Shown here: positions 26,631-34,875 of the stretch, in pieces
Numbering within the stretch: position 1 is the first letter of the stretch
Layout of the letters: every line of letters begins with the position of its first letter
From: Terrimicrobiaceae bacterium
GTDB lineage: Bacteria > Verrucomicrobiota > Verrucomicrobiia > Chthoniobacterales > Terrimicrobiaceae
NCBI GenBank assembly: GCA_041752695.1
Contig: JBGSVZ010000125.1
Coordinates: forward strand, 1 to 36,680
Direction: 5' to 3'
DNA: 36,680 bases
Notes under the pieces: model-generated
Told to the model about the DNA's origin: nothing
What the model saw: the letters and a program-made list of their open reading frames with translations, nothing else
Databases searched by the model: none
Program-made: the position numbers and the translations under genes

Positions 26631-26650
26631 ACGGATAAAGGAAAGAGGCA

Positions 26651-26683
26651 GGCGCGCCGGCCGGTTGGCCGAACCGGCGCGCC
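26651..26683 (-). terminator. GC-rich hairpin, probable intrinsic terminator/attenuator upstream of the xis-like gene
   Basis: GGCGCGCCGG-N13-CCGGCGCGCC, followed on the minus strand by TGCCTCTTTCCTTT. Confidence 0.6.
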
Positions 26684-26691
26684 AGGGTGGG

Positions 26692-27051
26692 TCAGCCGAG
26701 TTTGATGCCGCTGTTGCGGATGTGGTTTTTGGCTCCGATGACGAGGGCGGATTCCTGGCGCTCGGGGCTCATGTTCGGGCTGATGGTGGATTTGATGCTG
26801 TGCACCAAGTCCTCCTGTTCAGGCTTGGCCAGCCAGGCTTTCACTTTGGCGGTGTAGCCTTCCTTCTGGTCCTGATCCTTCATCTTGCGCAGCAGGAATT
26901 TGCGTTCCAACTGCTCGCGGGGCAGGTCTTTGACGTATTGCACCAAGTCCGGTTCCGCCTTCATAAAGGCGTCGAGCTTGGCGTTGACTTCGGGGTTGAT
27001 TTTGAACTGGCTGGCCTGTTCGGTTTTCTTTTTTGGTGATGCGATTGCCAT
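26692..27051 (-). CDS. Hypothetical ICE protein (basic, helical)
   Basis: 119 aa, strong coding composition, co-oriented with the transfer operon. Confidence 0.8.
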   Translation of the reverse strand: MAIASPKKKTEQASQFKINPEVNAKLDAFMKAEPDLVQYVKDLPREQLERKFLLRKMKDQDQKEGYTAKVKAWLAKPEQEDLVHSIKSTISPNMSPERQESALVIGAKNHIRNSGIKLG

Positions 27052-27135
27052 GGGTAATTGCGGTTTTGGCGCACGGCGTTTCGGTCCCTGTGGACCCCGT
27101 AGCCGGGCTGGTTGACGGGTTCGCGTGGAAGGGCG

Positions 27136-27417
27136 TCAGGCTTTAGCGGGTTTGACTGCGGGGAGTTTTTCGTCGTCCTCGTCGTCCAGGGCGCTGCCGC
27201 GCAGGCCGCCGATTTGTTCCATCAGGGACTTGAGGAAACGCTGGGCGATTTTGCGCGGGCTCAGGCGCTGGCTTTCGGCATTGAGCATGGTTTGAACGAG
27301 CTGGCCGGTCGGAACGCGGATGCCGGCCCGCTCGACGATGTCGGACGCCTCATTGTAGATCGCGAAGGTATCTTCATCGAGGGTCACGTTGACGGTGGCG
27401 GATTTGTGTGTGGTCAT
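27136..27417 (-). CDS. Hypothetical ICE protein, possibly RHH-like DNA-binding
   Basis: 93 aa; TVNVTLDEDTFAIYNEAS is a beta-helix pattern; ATGA overlap with the upstream gene. Confidence 0.72.
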   Translation of the reverse strand: MTTHKSATVNVTLDEDTFAIYNEASDIVERAGIRVPTGQLVQTMLNAESQRLSPRKIAQRFLKSLMEQIGGLRGSALDDEDDEKLPAVKPAKA

Positions 27418-28175
27418 GGTGTTTTTGGGTTGAGAAAGGCGAGTTCCCGGCGGCGCAGGAACGGGGCGGTGACGAGAGAAGCTCGCTGTCGCTTTTCGGC
27501 TCTTGCGAGTTCGGCGGCGAATTGGTCGTTGAGCCGCATCTGGGACAGAAGGAAGTTCTGATTTTGCGCGTCCGACTCGGGGAAGAGCGTGATTGCGCCA
27601 GGGTCGGTGAATTCATCGGCCACGGGCAGATCCGAATTGACCGCTGAGAAGACATCATTTTCCTCCCCGCTTTCCGATGTGGGCGGATTGGTCGGCTCCG
27701 TGGGAGCCGGAGTTTGGCGGATTTGCTTTTTGAGCTGGTCGATTTCCTGTTCCAGAACGGGAACCCGGCTCGCGTCCTGGTGGAGGGAGTCGAGGCGATG
27801 TTTCATCGCCCGGTTCTGTTCCTGCAACGCCTCGGCATAAATCCGCTGTCGGGGATCACCGCCATGGTAGGAAGGTGAAGGATTGGAATTCGCGACCAGC
27901 GGGAGGGAAACGGGCGGATCGGGCAGGAAGTTCCAGTCAGGGCCTTGTTCTCGCCGATAAACGGTATGTTGCTCGTGCATGGTTTCCGGGTTATTCGGGT
28001 CGGCGTAGCGTCCGACGGAGTAGGCTTTGACGACTTCGGGGGTTCTCACTGCGGTCATGCGCTTTTTGGAAACGGTGGTGCCTGATACGGTGGGGGCGCG
28101 TTTTGGGTCGGCCTGTTTTCTCGCGGCGCAGGCTGAGCAAAGAGACACGAGGAGTATGGAGATGAGGTATTTCAT
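27414..28175 (-). CDS. Putative conjugation lipoprotein
   Basis: Signal peptide with lipobox-like LCSAC; coiled coil; ATGA overlap with the virB10-like gene. Confidence 0.72.
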   Translation of the reverse strand: MKYLISILLVSLCSACAARKQADPKRAPTVSGTTVSKKRMTAVRTPEVVKAYSVGRYADPNNPETMHEQHTVYRREQGPDWNFLPDPPVSLPLVANSNPSPSYHGGDPRQRIYAEALQEQNRAMKHRLDSLHQDASRVPVLEQEIDQLKKQIRQTPAPTEPTNPPTSESGEENDVFSAVNSDLPVADEFTDPGAITLFPESDAQNQNFLLSQMRLNDQFAAELARAEKRQRASLVTAPFLRRRELAFLNPKTP

Positions 28176-29161
28176 GGGTTGGGTTGTTGGGTGGAGGAGA
28201 TCCCGGCGTTGGCCTGGGCCGCGTCCACCGTTTGGGTGACGTAGAGGTAAAAGAGCGTTCCGGCGGGAACGCGGACATAGGTGGGATCCTTTTCGAGGCC
28301 CTCCAGGAGCCGCTGGGAGTAAATCTGCCCGCCCGCCTGGATGCCGGCCGCGATGGCATCCTGATATCCTCCGCCTTGCACTTGGGTCACACCGCCGGTG
28401 AGCGGCGAGATGATGTTGGTCATCTGCGGAAAGGCCCCTGCACCTGCCGAAATCATGGCGGCGAGGATCGCCTTGGCCTCGGCGTATTTGTCCGTGGCGA
28501 TCAGGTAACCGCGCAGGCCCGCCGATCCGTCCGTTTCGTCCCAGGCGTCGGGTTTCGCTCCGTCAGGTGCGTAGTCGAGAACCGTGCCGGACAGGGGAAG
28601 TTCGCGCCCGTCTTGGAAAACGAGCATCCATTTCCGTTCGGACCCGATCCGCTCCCGGGCGGCCGTCTTTTGGGCAATGCCGTGAACCTCGGTTCCGGCG
28701 GGAAGCACCAGCCGTCCGGCGTGCCACACGTCCTCGGTGATCAGGCCGATGATGGGGGTCTCGATGTTGGTGGAATCCACCGTGTTGACCAATTCGCAGC
28801 GAAGCAGTCGGCCAAAGGGTAGATACGTATCGCTGCGCCTCGTTTCCTTGGTGGCGTAGATGGCCTGGGGAATCGGCGGCGGTGGTTTGGGCGTGGAACC
28901 GGGACGCGCGGCCGCGGGTTCCGGGGCCGGGCGAGTAGGCGCGGGCGGCAAAGCTCGGGGAGGGGGAGGAATGTCTTCCTCGAAGGTGTAGCCTTTCGCA
29001 GCAGTCGCTTGCGCGGGAACCTCGGGATTGACCGGCTTCTTCGCCCTCCGTCCGTTTCCCAACAATACGAAGGCGAGTATCATGGCTCCGGCGAGGAGGA
29101 ACAGAATAAGGCGTCCGGTGGGTTTTTGGAAAAGCTCGGTCCAGATGGTGCGAAGATTCAT
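28172..29161 (-). CDS. TrbI/VirB10-family type IV secretion protein
   Basis: TM helix, Pro-rich linker, LPFGRLLRCELVNTVDS, LVLPAGTEVHG, DGSAGLRG, YVRVPAGT. Confidence 0.88.
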   Translation of the reverse strand: MNLRTIWTELFQKPTGRLILFLLAGAMILAFVLLGNGRRAKKPVNPEVPAQATAAKGYTFEEDIPPPPRALPPAPTRPAPEPAAARPGSTPKPPPPIPQAIYATKETRRSDTYLPFGRLLRCELVNTVDSTNIETPIIGLITEDVWHAGRLVLPAGTEVHGIAQKTAARERIGSERKWMLVFQDGRELPLSGTVLDYAPDGAKPDAWDETDGSAGLRGYLIATDKYAEAKAILAAMISAGAGAFPQMTNIISPLTGGVTQVQGGGYQDAIAAGIQAGGQIYSQRLLEGLEKDPTYVRVPAGTLFYLYVTQTVDAAQANAGISSTQQPNP

Positions 29162-29991
29162 TTGAAGTCGGGGTGTGAGGTTTCGGAAGTGGAGCGGACG
29201 ACGAGGACGTTCCACTTGTTATCCGGGGCCAGACGGTTGCGACCGCCGTGGCCGTCACCCGTGATGGCGATGAAGGCCGGAGTGAGAGACCTTGGCGGCA
29301 TCACGCCGGAGGCGTCCGCGAGGGAGGAAGGATAGATCTTGTCCTCCAGCCGGACGGCCATGTCTTGCGGATTGTAGGAAATTGGCTGGTCCGTGGTGTT
29401 CTCGAATTCGAGTTGAAAAACCAGCGTGTCGTCCTGCTCGAACCGCCAGACACCGCGAACGCGGACGGTAAATCCGTCGTAGTAGTTCACGAGGTTGGGG
29501 GAGGCCTGAATGACCCCGGCAATCACGGCAGGATTGTTTTTGGCGAGGAGCGGATACGCCTTCGCCTTGTCCATTAACGACAGGAGCCTTTCCGGTTCAA
29601 CGGCCACCCGGCTTTTGCCCGCCTGGGCATCCGCATAAAACGTGACGTTGAAATCCGGCTTCTCCGACGCGGTCAAATGGAGGACGTATGCCTTCCGGTT
29701 GTAGATCACCGTGAGATGATCCTCGGCGTCCTTCTTCAGCGCCCGGATGGTGAAATAGAAATTCCCCGGGGTGAAGGTGATCAGGAACCCGGCATTCTCC
29801 TGCTCCTGCGCGGCGACCGATTTCGCATACAGGCCGGAAATCTCCGACGGGAACATGATTGTTGTCGTGCCGGATTTGAACGCCACAGGGATGTCGTAGA
29901 TGACGAATTCATCGAGCGGCTTTTGGGTGATTGGACCGGCGGAGAGGGCCGTGGCGGACAGGATGAACAGCAGAGTGGAAACAATCTTCAT
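29158..29991 (-). CDS. Putative VirB9/TrbG-like T4SS core-complex protein
   Basis: Signal peptide, TTTIMFPSEI, two beta-rich domains; ATGA-coupled to the virB10-like gene. Confidence 0.7.
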   Translation of the reverse strand: MKIVSTLLFILSATALSAGPITQKPLDEFVIYDIPVAFKSGTTTIMFPSEISGLYAKSVAAQEQENAGFLITFTPGNFYFTIRALKKDAEDHLTVIYNRKAYVLHLTASEKPDFNVTFYADAQAGKSRVAVEPERLLSLMDKAKAYPLLAKNNPAVIAGVIQASPNLVNYYDGFTVRVRGVWRFEQDDTLVFQLEFENTTDQPISYNPQDMAVRLEDKIYPSSLADASGVMPPRSLTPAFIAITGDGHGGRNRLAPDNKWNVLVVRSTSETSHPDFK

Positions 29992-30022
29992 GTGCCCACT
30001 CTGGCACGAGAACCGGGCGGGC

Positions 30023-30045
30023 CTGTTCCCTCCCGGGAACAACAT
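30023..30045. promoter_or_regulatory. Palindromic operator/activator site, copy 1 (upstream of the virB9-like gene)
   Basis: CTGTTCCCTCCCGGGAACAACAT; 21/23 identical to 32111-32133. Confidence 0.72.
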
Positions 30046-30282
30046 GTGAGGCGTGCGTGAATGTCGATTTCGGGCGTCTACGCGAGCAGCCCATCGATGT
30101 ATCGAGATAAAGCGGTTTTCACTCGTCGAAACACCCTGAACTTGAAAAGCTGCCGGGTTTGCGCGTCTGCCCGATGACCTCCTGCCATTCAATGTATATT
30201 TCATGCGAGTACACCAAGGAACGGTCGCCGGCGTCTGAATTGTTTTTCCTCCCTGCATTTCTTTCGAACTCCGAAACCTGTG

Positions 30283-31200
30283 ATGTCATCTGATCTCACA
30301 TTCATCACCAACGAAAACGACCGCAGCTTGGCGGAGCGTTTTCGCGTGCTGCTCCGCGGAAATACCCGCGCATTCGATTGTCTCGTTGGCTACTTTTATC
30401 TCAGCGGATTCCGGCGGCTTGCTGACGCACTCCAGCCCACGGAGAAGATCCGTATTCTCATTGGCCTCAGTACCGATCAGCCCACCTTTTCACTGCTTTC
30501 TCAGGCGAAGGAGCAGATGCGCCTCGACCTCCGCTCTCACGCAGAGGCAAAGGAAGCCGTGCCTGGCGAGATCCTAGCCGAGTTGGAGCACGCTGAGGAC
30601 AGTTCCGAGGTGGAAGGGGGCATTCGCCAATTTGTCGAATGGGTAAAATCCGGTAAACTCCAGGTTCGCGTCTATCCCTCAGCGAAACTCCACGCAAAAC
30701 TCTACATCATGTCTTTCGTGGATGGCCACATCGACAAGGGCCGCGTTGTCACCGGGTCGAGCAACTTCTCGCAGTCCGGCCTAGTTGATAATCTGGAGTT
30801 TAACGTCGAGCTGAAGAACCGCGCCGATTACGACTTCGCGTTGGCGAAGTTCAACGAGCTATGGGCGCAGTCCGTCGAGGTTTCCGAGGCCTACGTGCAG
30901 ACGATTGAATTGCGCTCGCCTTTCGCGCAGTTCACGCCCCATGAACTCTATCTCAAGTTCCTCTACGAATATTTCAAAGCCGAGCTGAGTCGAAACCAGG
31001 ATCCAGATTCAGTCTATCTCCCAGCGCGTTTCAAGAAACTCAAATACCAGGACGATGCCGTGACTGCGGCGCGACGTACGCTCGACGAATATGGAGGTGT
31101 CTTTCTCTCCGATGTTGTCGGACTCGGAAAAACCTATATGGCAGCGCTGCTTGCACAGCAGCTTCCTGGGCGCACGCTCGTCATCGCACCGCCTGCGTTA
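30283..31200 (+). pseudogene. 3'-truncated PLD-nuclease/SNF2-like helicase (restriction/defence-type); the ORF reads through to 31641 in an unrelated antisense frame
   Basis: LVGYFYLSGF, LHAKLYI..GSSNFS (PLD HKD-type), LSDVVGLGKT (Walker A), LVIAPPAL (motif Ia). No DExx motif or helicase C-domain follows. Confidence 0.85.
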
Positions 31201-31512
31201 CCGGCTGAAGCGCTCGTTGCGACTGATGGCCGCCCACGAATCGGGGACGCATTTTTCGTCGGTGACGGTTTTGTAAGCGGTCAGTTCCTCCCGATAGTCG
31301 GAATCCACCGACCAGCGGATTTGCGCCCGCGTCGATTCGTCGAGGGTGTGCAGGAATTGCCGGACCGCGGCGTAGAATCCGTCGAGCGCCTGCTCGCTGG
31401 CGTGGCGCAGGTCGGGAACGTCCAGCGTGAATGCCTTGGTGAGACAGCCGCGGGAGTCGAGATCGTTCCAGACGATCATATCGTGAGAAAACCAACCGTT
31501 AGGCGCTTGCAT
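31198..31512 (-). pseudogene. Truncated N-terminus of a VirB4-like conjugation ATPase
   Basis: Follows virB2- and virB3-like genes with overlap; only 104 aa; its stop falls exactly at the helicase breakpoint; no Walker motifs. Confidence 0.7.
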
Positions 31513-31828
31513 GGGATCGGAGAGGGTTGCTGCGATTTTGATGTGACGGCGTCCAAGCGGATCCGGCTGCGAGGGTTTCCAGAAGGTCGCTGTCGAAGGA
31601 TTTGGGTCGGCCCTGCCGGAGGCCGAACACGTAGAGGGTGATGAGGGCGAGGGGAGTCAGGCCGATGATCAGGCTTGGTCCCAAAGCGTGGAGGCGGGAA
31701 ACCGCCAGGGTGAGCCCGACGCTGACGAGAAGCCCGGCGAGGAGAAACAGAATGTTTGTTCCCTCGATGCCCCAGATTTTCCCGTCGCTGTCGTCGCCCG
31801 CGTGGGTGTGAACGATGCCCTTGCTCAT
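31499..31828 (-). CDS. VirB3-like membrane protein
   Basis: GKIWGIEG, two TM helices, LRQGRPKSF; TAATG coupling to the pilin-like gene. Confidence 0.7.
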   Translation of the reverse strand: MSKGIVHTHAGDDSDGKIWGIEGTNILFLLAGLLVSVGLTLAVSRLHALGPSLIIGLTPLALITLYVFGLRQGRPKSFDSDLLETLAAGSAWTPSHQNRSNPLRSHASA

Positions 31829-32076
31829 TATTGCGAGATGCTGATGGTGGGCATGCCGCCGGCGTTGAAGAGGGCTTCGGCGATAACGACGGCCAGACCG
31901 AGCATGAGACCGCCGACAATCGACATCTTGCCCTGATCGGCGTTGCCCGAGCGAACCTGCCAGCCGCCATGGGCGATGACGATGACTGCGATGATGAAGA
32001 GGAATTTGGCGATGATTCCGAGACCTTCGGAAAGAGCCCCGTCGAGTGATGCCTGAGCGAGAAGTAGGGTGTTCAT
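31828..32076 (-). CDS. VirB2/TrbC-like conjugative pilin
   Basis: 82 aa; LLLAQA leader; two hydrophobic helices separated by GGWQVRSGNADQGK. Confidence 0.75.
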   Translation of the reverse strand: MNTLLLAQASLDGALSEGLGIIAKFLFIIAVIVIAHGGWQVRSGNADQGKMSIVGGLMLGLAVVIAEALFNAGGMPTISISQ

Positions 32077-32438
32077 ACGGTCGCCAGGATTGCGGAAATT
32101 TTGGAAGCAGCTGTTCCCGCCCCGGAACAACATAAAAAGCCGATGACGAAAGAGCCGAAGCGGGAGGCCTTGGACTGGCAGATCGCCTGATAAAGCTGTT
32201 TCGCCGAGAGGATAAAGTCCGGGTAAAGATCGGCTGGTGAAACCGCCAAGGCCCGGGCGAGGAAGATCATGTCATCGTCGGCCACACCGACGAGGCGGGA
32301 TTCAATCTTGGCGACCTTGACGCGGGTCGCGTTTTCCATGCCGAGGAGCTGAAGTTTGATCGCAAGCTGATTTTGCGACCATTCCCGGCTGCTGCGCAGG
32401 CGGCGGATCTGTGGTCCAACAACGTTGAGGTTTCTCAT
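32073..32438 (-). CDS. XRE-family helix-turn-helix transcriptional regulator
   Basis: VGPQIRRLRSSREWSQNQLAIKL..VAKIESR..LARALAVSPADL; ATGA overlap with the pilin gene. Confidence 0.88.
   Translation of the reverse strand: MRNLNVVGPQIRRLRSSREWSQNQLAIKLQLLGMENATRVKVAKIESRLVGVADDDMIFLARALAVSPADLYPDFILSAKQLYQAICQSKASRFGSFVIGFLCCSGAGTAASKISAILATV
32111..32133. promoter_or_regulatory. Palindromic operator/activator site, copy 2 (upstream of the pilin gene, inside the XRE gene 3' end)
   Basis: CTGTTCCCGCCCCGGAACAACAT, matching TGTTCC-N6-GGAACA. Confidence 0.72.
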
Positions 32439-32500
32439 GGCGGAGAAACCCGTTCACCTGAATGTCGGCTATTTCAGCGGGTCTGTGACGAACGTGGCGG

Positions 32501-32538
32501 AAAAAGTGACGAAGTTGCCATTAGGCACCCTTCGTCAC
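32501..32538 (-). terminator. Intrinsic terminator-like hairpin overlapping the lytTR stop codon
   Basis: Minus strand reads GTGACGAAGGGTGCC-TAAT-GGCAACTTCGTCAC-TTTTT. Confidence 0.65.
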
Positions 32539-33272
32539 AGCAAGTTTGGCTGTCCGAATTCCTTGCGGATCAAAAATGCAGCCTTGCGGCCAAGGTGAAC
32601 AGTGGTCGGAAATCCCACGATTTTGATATCCATTTCGTCCCTGCCAGCAAAGGAAACCCGTTCGATTTTTTCCAGGTTGACGATGAGGGATCGGTTCAGC
32701 TTGATGAACAATTGTCGCGGAAGATTTTTCTCCCAATCCGTCAAGCTTCCACGGACCATTTTGGCCTCCCCACTGGCCAGGCGCACTGTCGTGTAATTTT
32801 CCTGCGCTTCGATGCCGCAAATTTCCGACACGTATGCGAGAGTAAACCCGTTGCTCGTGCGCAGATAAATCGTGTCGTCCCTCTTGTACGGACCCGTGCC
32901 GGTATCCGGCGGTTGGTACACGATCCGTTCGAGAGCATGGGCGAGCCTTGTAGGGTGGGGTGGCTTGAGCAGATAATCCAAGGCATTGGCCTCGAAGGCC
33001 CGGAAAGCAAATTGGTCGTAGGCCGTGACGAAGATGATCGCTGGAACTGGGGCGAGCTTGGGCAGAACGTCAAACCCTTCGCCGTCACCGAGTTGAACAT
33101 CCAGAAACACCAGGTTGGGCCGCAATTCCTGACAGATTGCGATCGCGTTTGCGACGGAATCGGCTTCGCCAATGACCTTCACATTCGAGTGGGCTGAGAG
33201 GAGGTCACAAAGAACCTCTCGGGCGGGAGCTTCATCGTCCACAATCACAGCGCGTAATTCAGGTGGTTTCAT
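32535..33272 (-). CDS. LytTR-family response regulator
   Basis: IVDDE, FLDVQL, FVTAYD, ALDYLLKP receiver motifs; IEAQENYT, FIKLNRSLIVNL LytTR domain. Confidence 0.95.
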   Translation of the reverse strand: MKPPELRAVIVDDEAPAREVLCDLLSAHSNVKVIGEADSVANAIAICQELRPNLVFLDVQLGDGEGFDVLPKLAPVPAIIFVTAYDQFAFRAFEANALDYLLKPPHPTRLAHALERIVYQPPDTGTGPYKRDDTIYLRTSNGFTLAYVSEICGIEAQENYTTVRLASGEAKMVRGSLTDWEKNLPRQLFIKLNRSLIVNLEKIERVSFAGRDEMDIKIVGFPTTVHLGRKAAFLIRKEFGQPNLL

Positions 33273-34378
33273 GGGTTCAAAGGAATTTCCACCCGCACGC
33301 GCACCCAGCCGCTTTCCTCGGAGGCTTTGATGGTGTGTTTTTCTCCATAGATTGCGCGGAGCCACTGGCGGAGATTGGCCATGCCGATTCCCCCGGCTTC
33401 GTCGGGAATGATTTCTGTCACCCATCGCCCCGTGTTTGAAACATCGAGTCGGAGACTCCCGGCAGTCCCGCGGGTAACAGCGAGGCGGATCCTGAGGGGG
33501 CGGGGTGAGGTTTTCTTCCCGTACTTGATGGCATTCTCGACAAGGGGTTGGATCAATACTCCAGGGACGAGGGCTTCGTGTGCCGAGGGATCTACGGAGC
33601 TTTCAATTTCGAGGTCATCCCGGTGCCGAGCCTTCTCCACGGTTAGGTAACCTTCGATGGCTTCCATTTCTTCCCGCAGGGGAACAAGCGTGCTGTCGCG
33701 GTTTTTGAGGGAATAGCGCAGATATTCTGCGAATGCCTGGACCAGTTCTTTGGCGTGTTGGCCGGGCTTTCCGATGGCGGCGATGATCGTATTCAGCGCG
33801 TTGAACAGAAAGTGCGGGTTGATTTGCGCGCGAAGCATTTGGATTTCCAGTCGCTGCCGTTCAGTCTCCTTTCGGGCGAGTTCGACATCGCGAGCCATGC
33901 TGTCGCGAATGTGTTTGATGCCGAAATAGAGGAGGCTCCACGCTGCGCACAGACCCGTACGGAAATAGAAAATGGCGAAGATCATGTCCGGCGAGAAAAT
34001 CTTCTTTTCCTCGAGGTCGAGTAAGCCGTGGAAACCCACGTAGAGCAAAGTCAGGATGGCTCCGCCAATCATGGACACACCGGCGAGAACAAAGGCGAGG
34101 CGCGCCGGACTGGGATGTGCATCGGACACCCTCCGGTAGATCTCTCGCATGCCCAGCGTGAGGAAAAAGCCTACGCCGTCCCGATAGGCGGAGACGAGCA
34201 CGGAACCGGGAAAATTTTCAAGCACCACCCATTTCAGGGGAAAGGTGAAGACTATGAATGCGAGCCAGCCAGCGATTTGGAAGCGCCAGAAAAGTGGCAG
34301 TCGCTGAAAGAATCCAAAAAGAACCGGCGTACCCGAATTATCGGAAATCCAAGCCGCCTTGTTCCCGTCGCCTTCCAT
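33269..34378 (-). CDS. LytS/YehU-like membrane sensor histidine kinase
   Basis: About four TM helices; LRAQINPHFLFNALN, QPLVENAIKYG, GGIGMANL; ATGA overlap with the response regulator. Confidence 0.93.
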   Translation of the reverse strand: MEGDGNKAAWISDNSGTPVLFGFFQRLPLFWRFQIAGWLAFIVFTFPLKWVVLENFPGSVLVSAYRDGVGFFLTLGMREIYRRVSDAHPSPARLAFVLAGVSMIGGAILTLLYVGFHGLLDLEEKKIFSPDMIFAIFYFRTGLCAAWSLLYFGIKHIRDSMARDVELARKETERQRLEIQMLRAQINPHFLFNALNTIIAAIGKPGQHAKELVQAFAEYLRYSLKNRDSTLVPLREEMEAIEGYLTVEKARHRDDLEIESSVDPSAHEALVPGVLIQPLVENAIKYGKKTSPRPLRIRLAVTRGTAGSLRLDVSNTGRWVTEIIPDEAGGIGMANLRQWLRAIYGEKHTIKASEESGWVRVRVEIPLNP

Positions 34379-34875
34379 GAAAAATTACTCTCGTAAGTTT
34401 CGTTTTCTGTTGATTTCCTGGCCGAAAATATCTGCGAAGACCAGTTCCAGCCGTCTCAAAATTTTGTTAACGGTGTCGACTGTGTCCGACTATTCGCCGT
34501 TGTTCAAGCGATACATGCTGGATTCCGCCACGCCCTAATCCTTCGCCAATACGGCGTAACTTCGCAGTCCACTATGGAGTGAAGGAACTTGGAAAACGCC
34601 TTGTCGAGCCCCGGTATTCCCAAAATGTTGCAGGAAGGTCATTCCTTATGTGGATGATTTTCCACAAAAGAATGGGAAGAATCGAGGTCGGGTCGCCGAC
34701 GTCCGCGAGGGAGCAGAAATGGTTCAATCGGTCCGCGTTGCCGCCGAGACGACCGAATTGTCTGAAAAGCACGCGGAGGGACTGATCGGTTGCAAGCTGC
34801 TGCTCTTGGATAATACCCGGTTTGCAATAGAGAGCTTATGTTCTCTGATACTTGAGGCGGTGCGTCTTGATGCTT

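Noticed and set aside
31201..31641. Novel C-terminal domain on the PLD-helicase
   Set aside because: It is antisense read-through of the virB4/virB3-like genes beyond the breakpoint.
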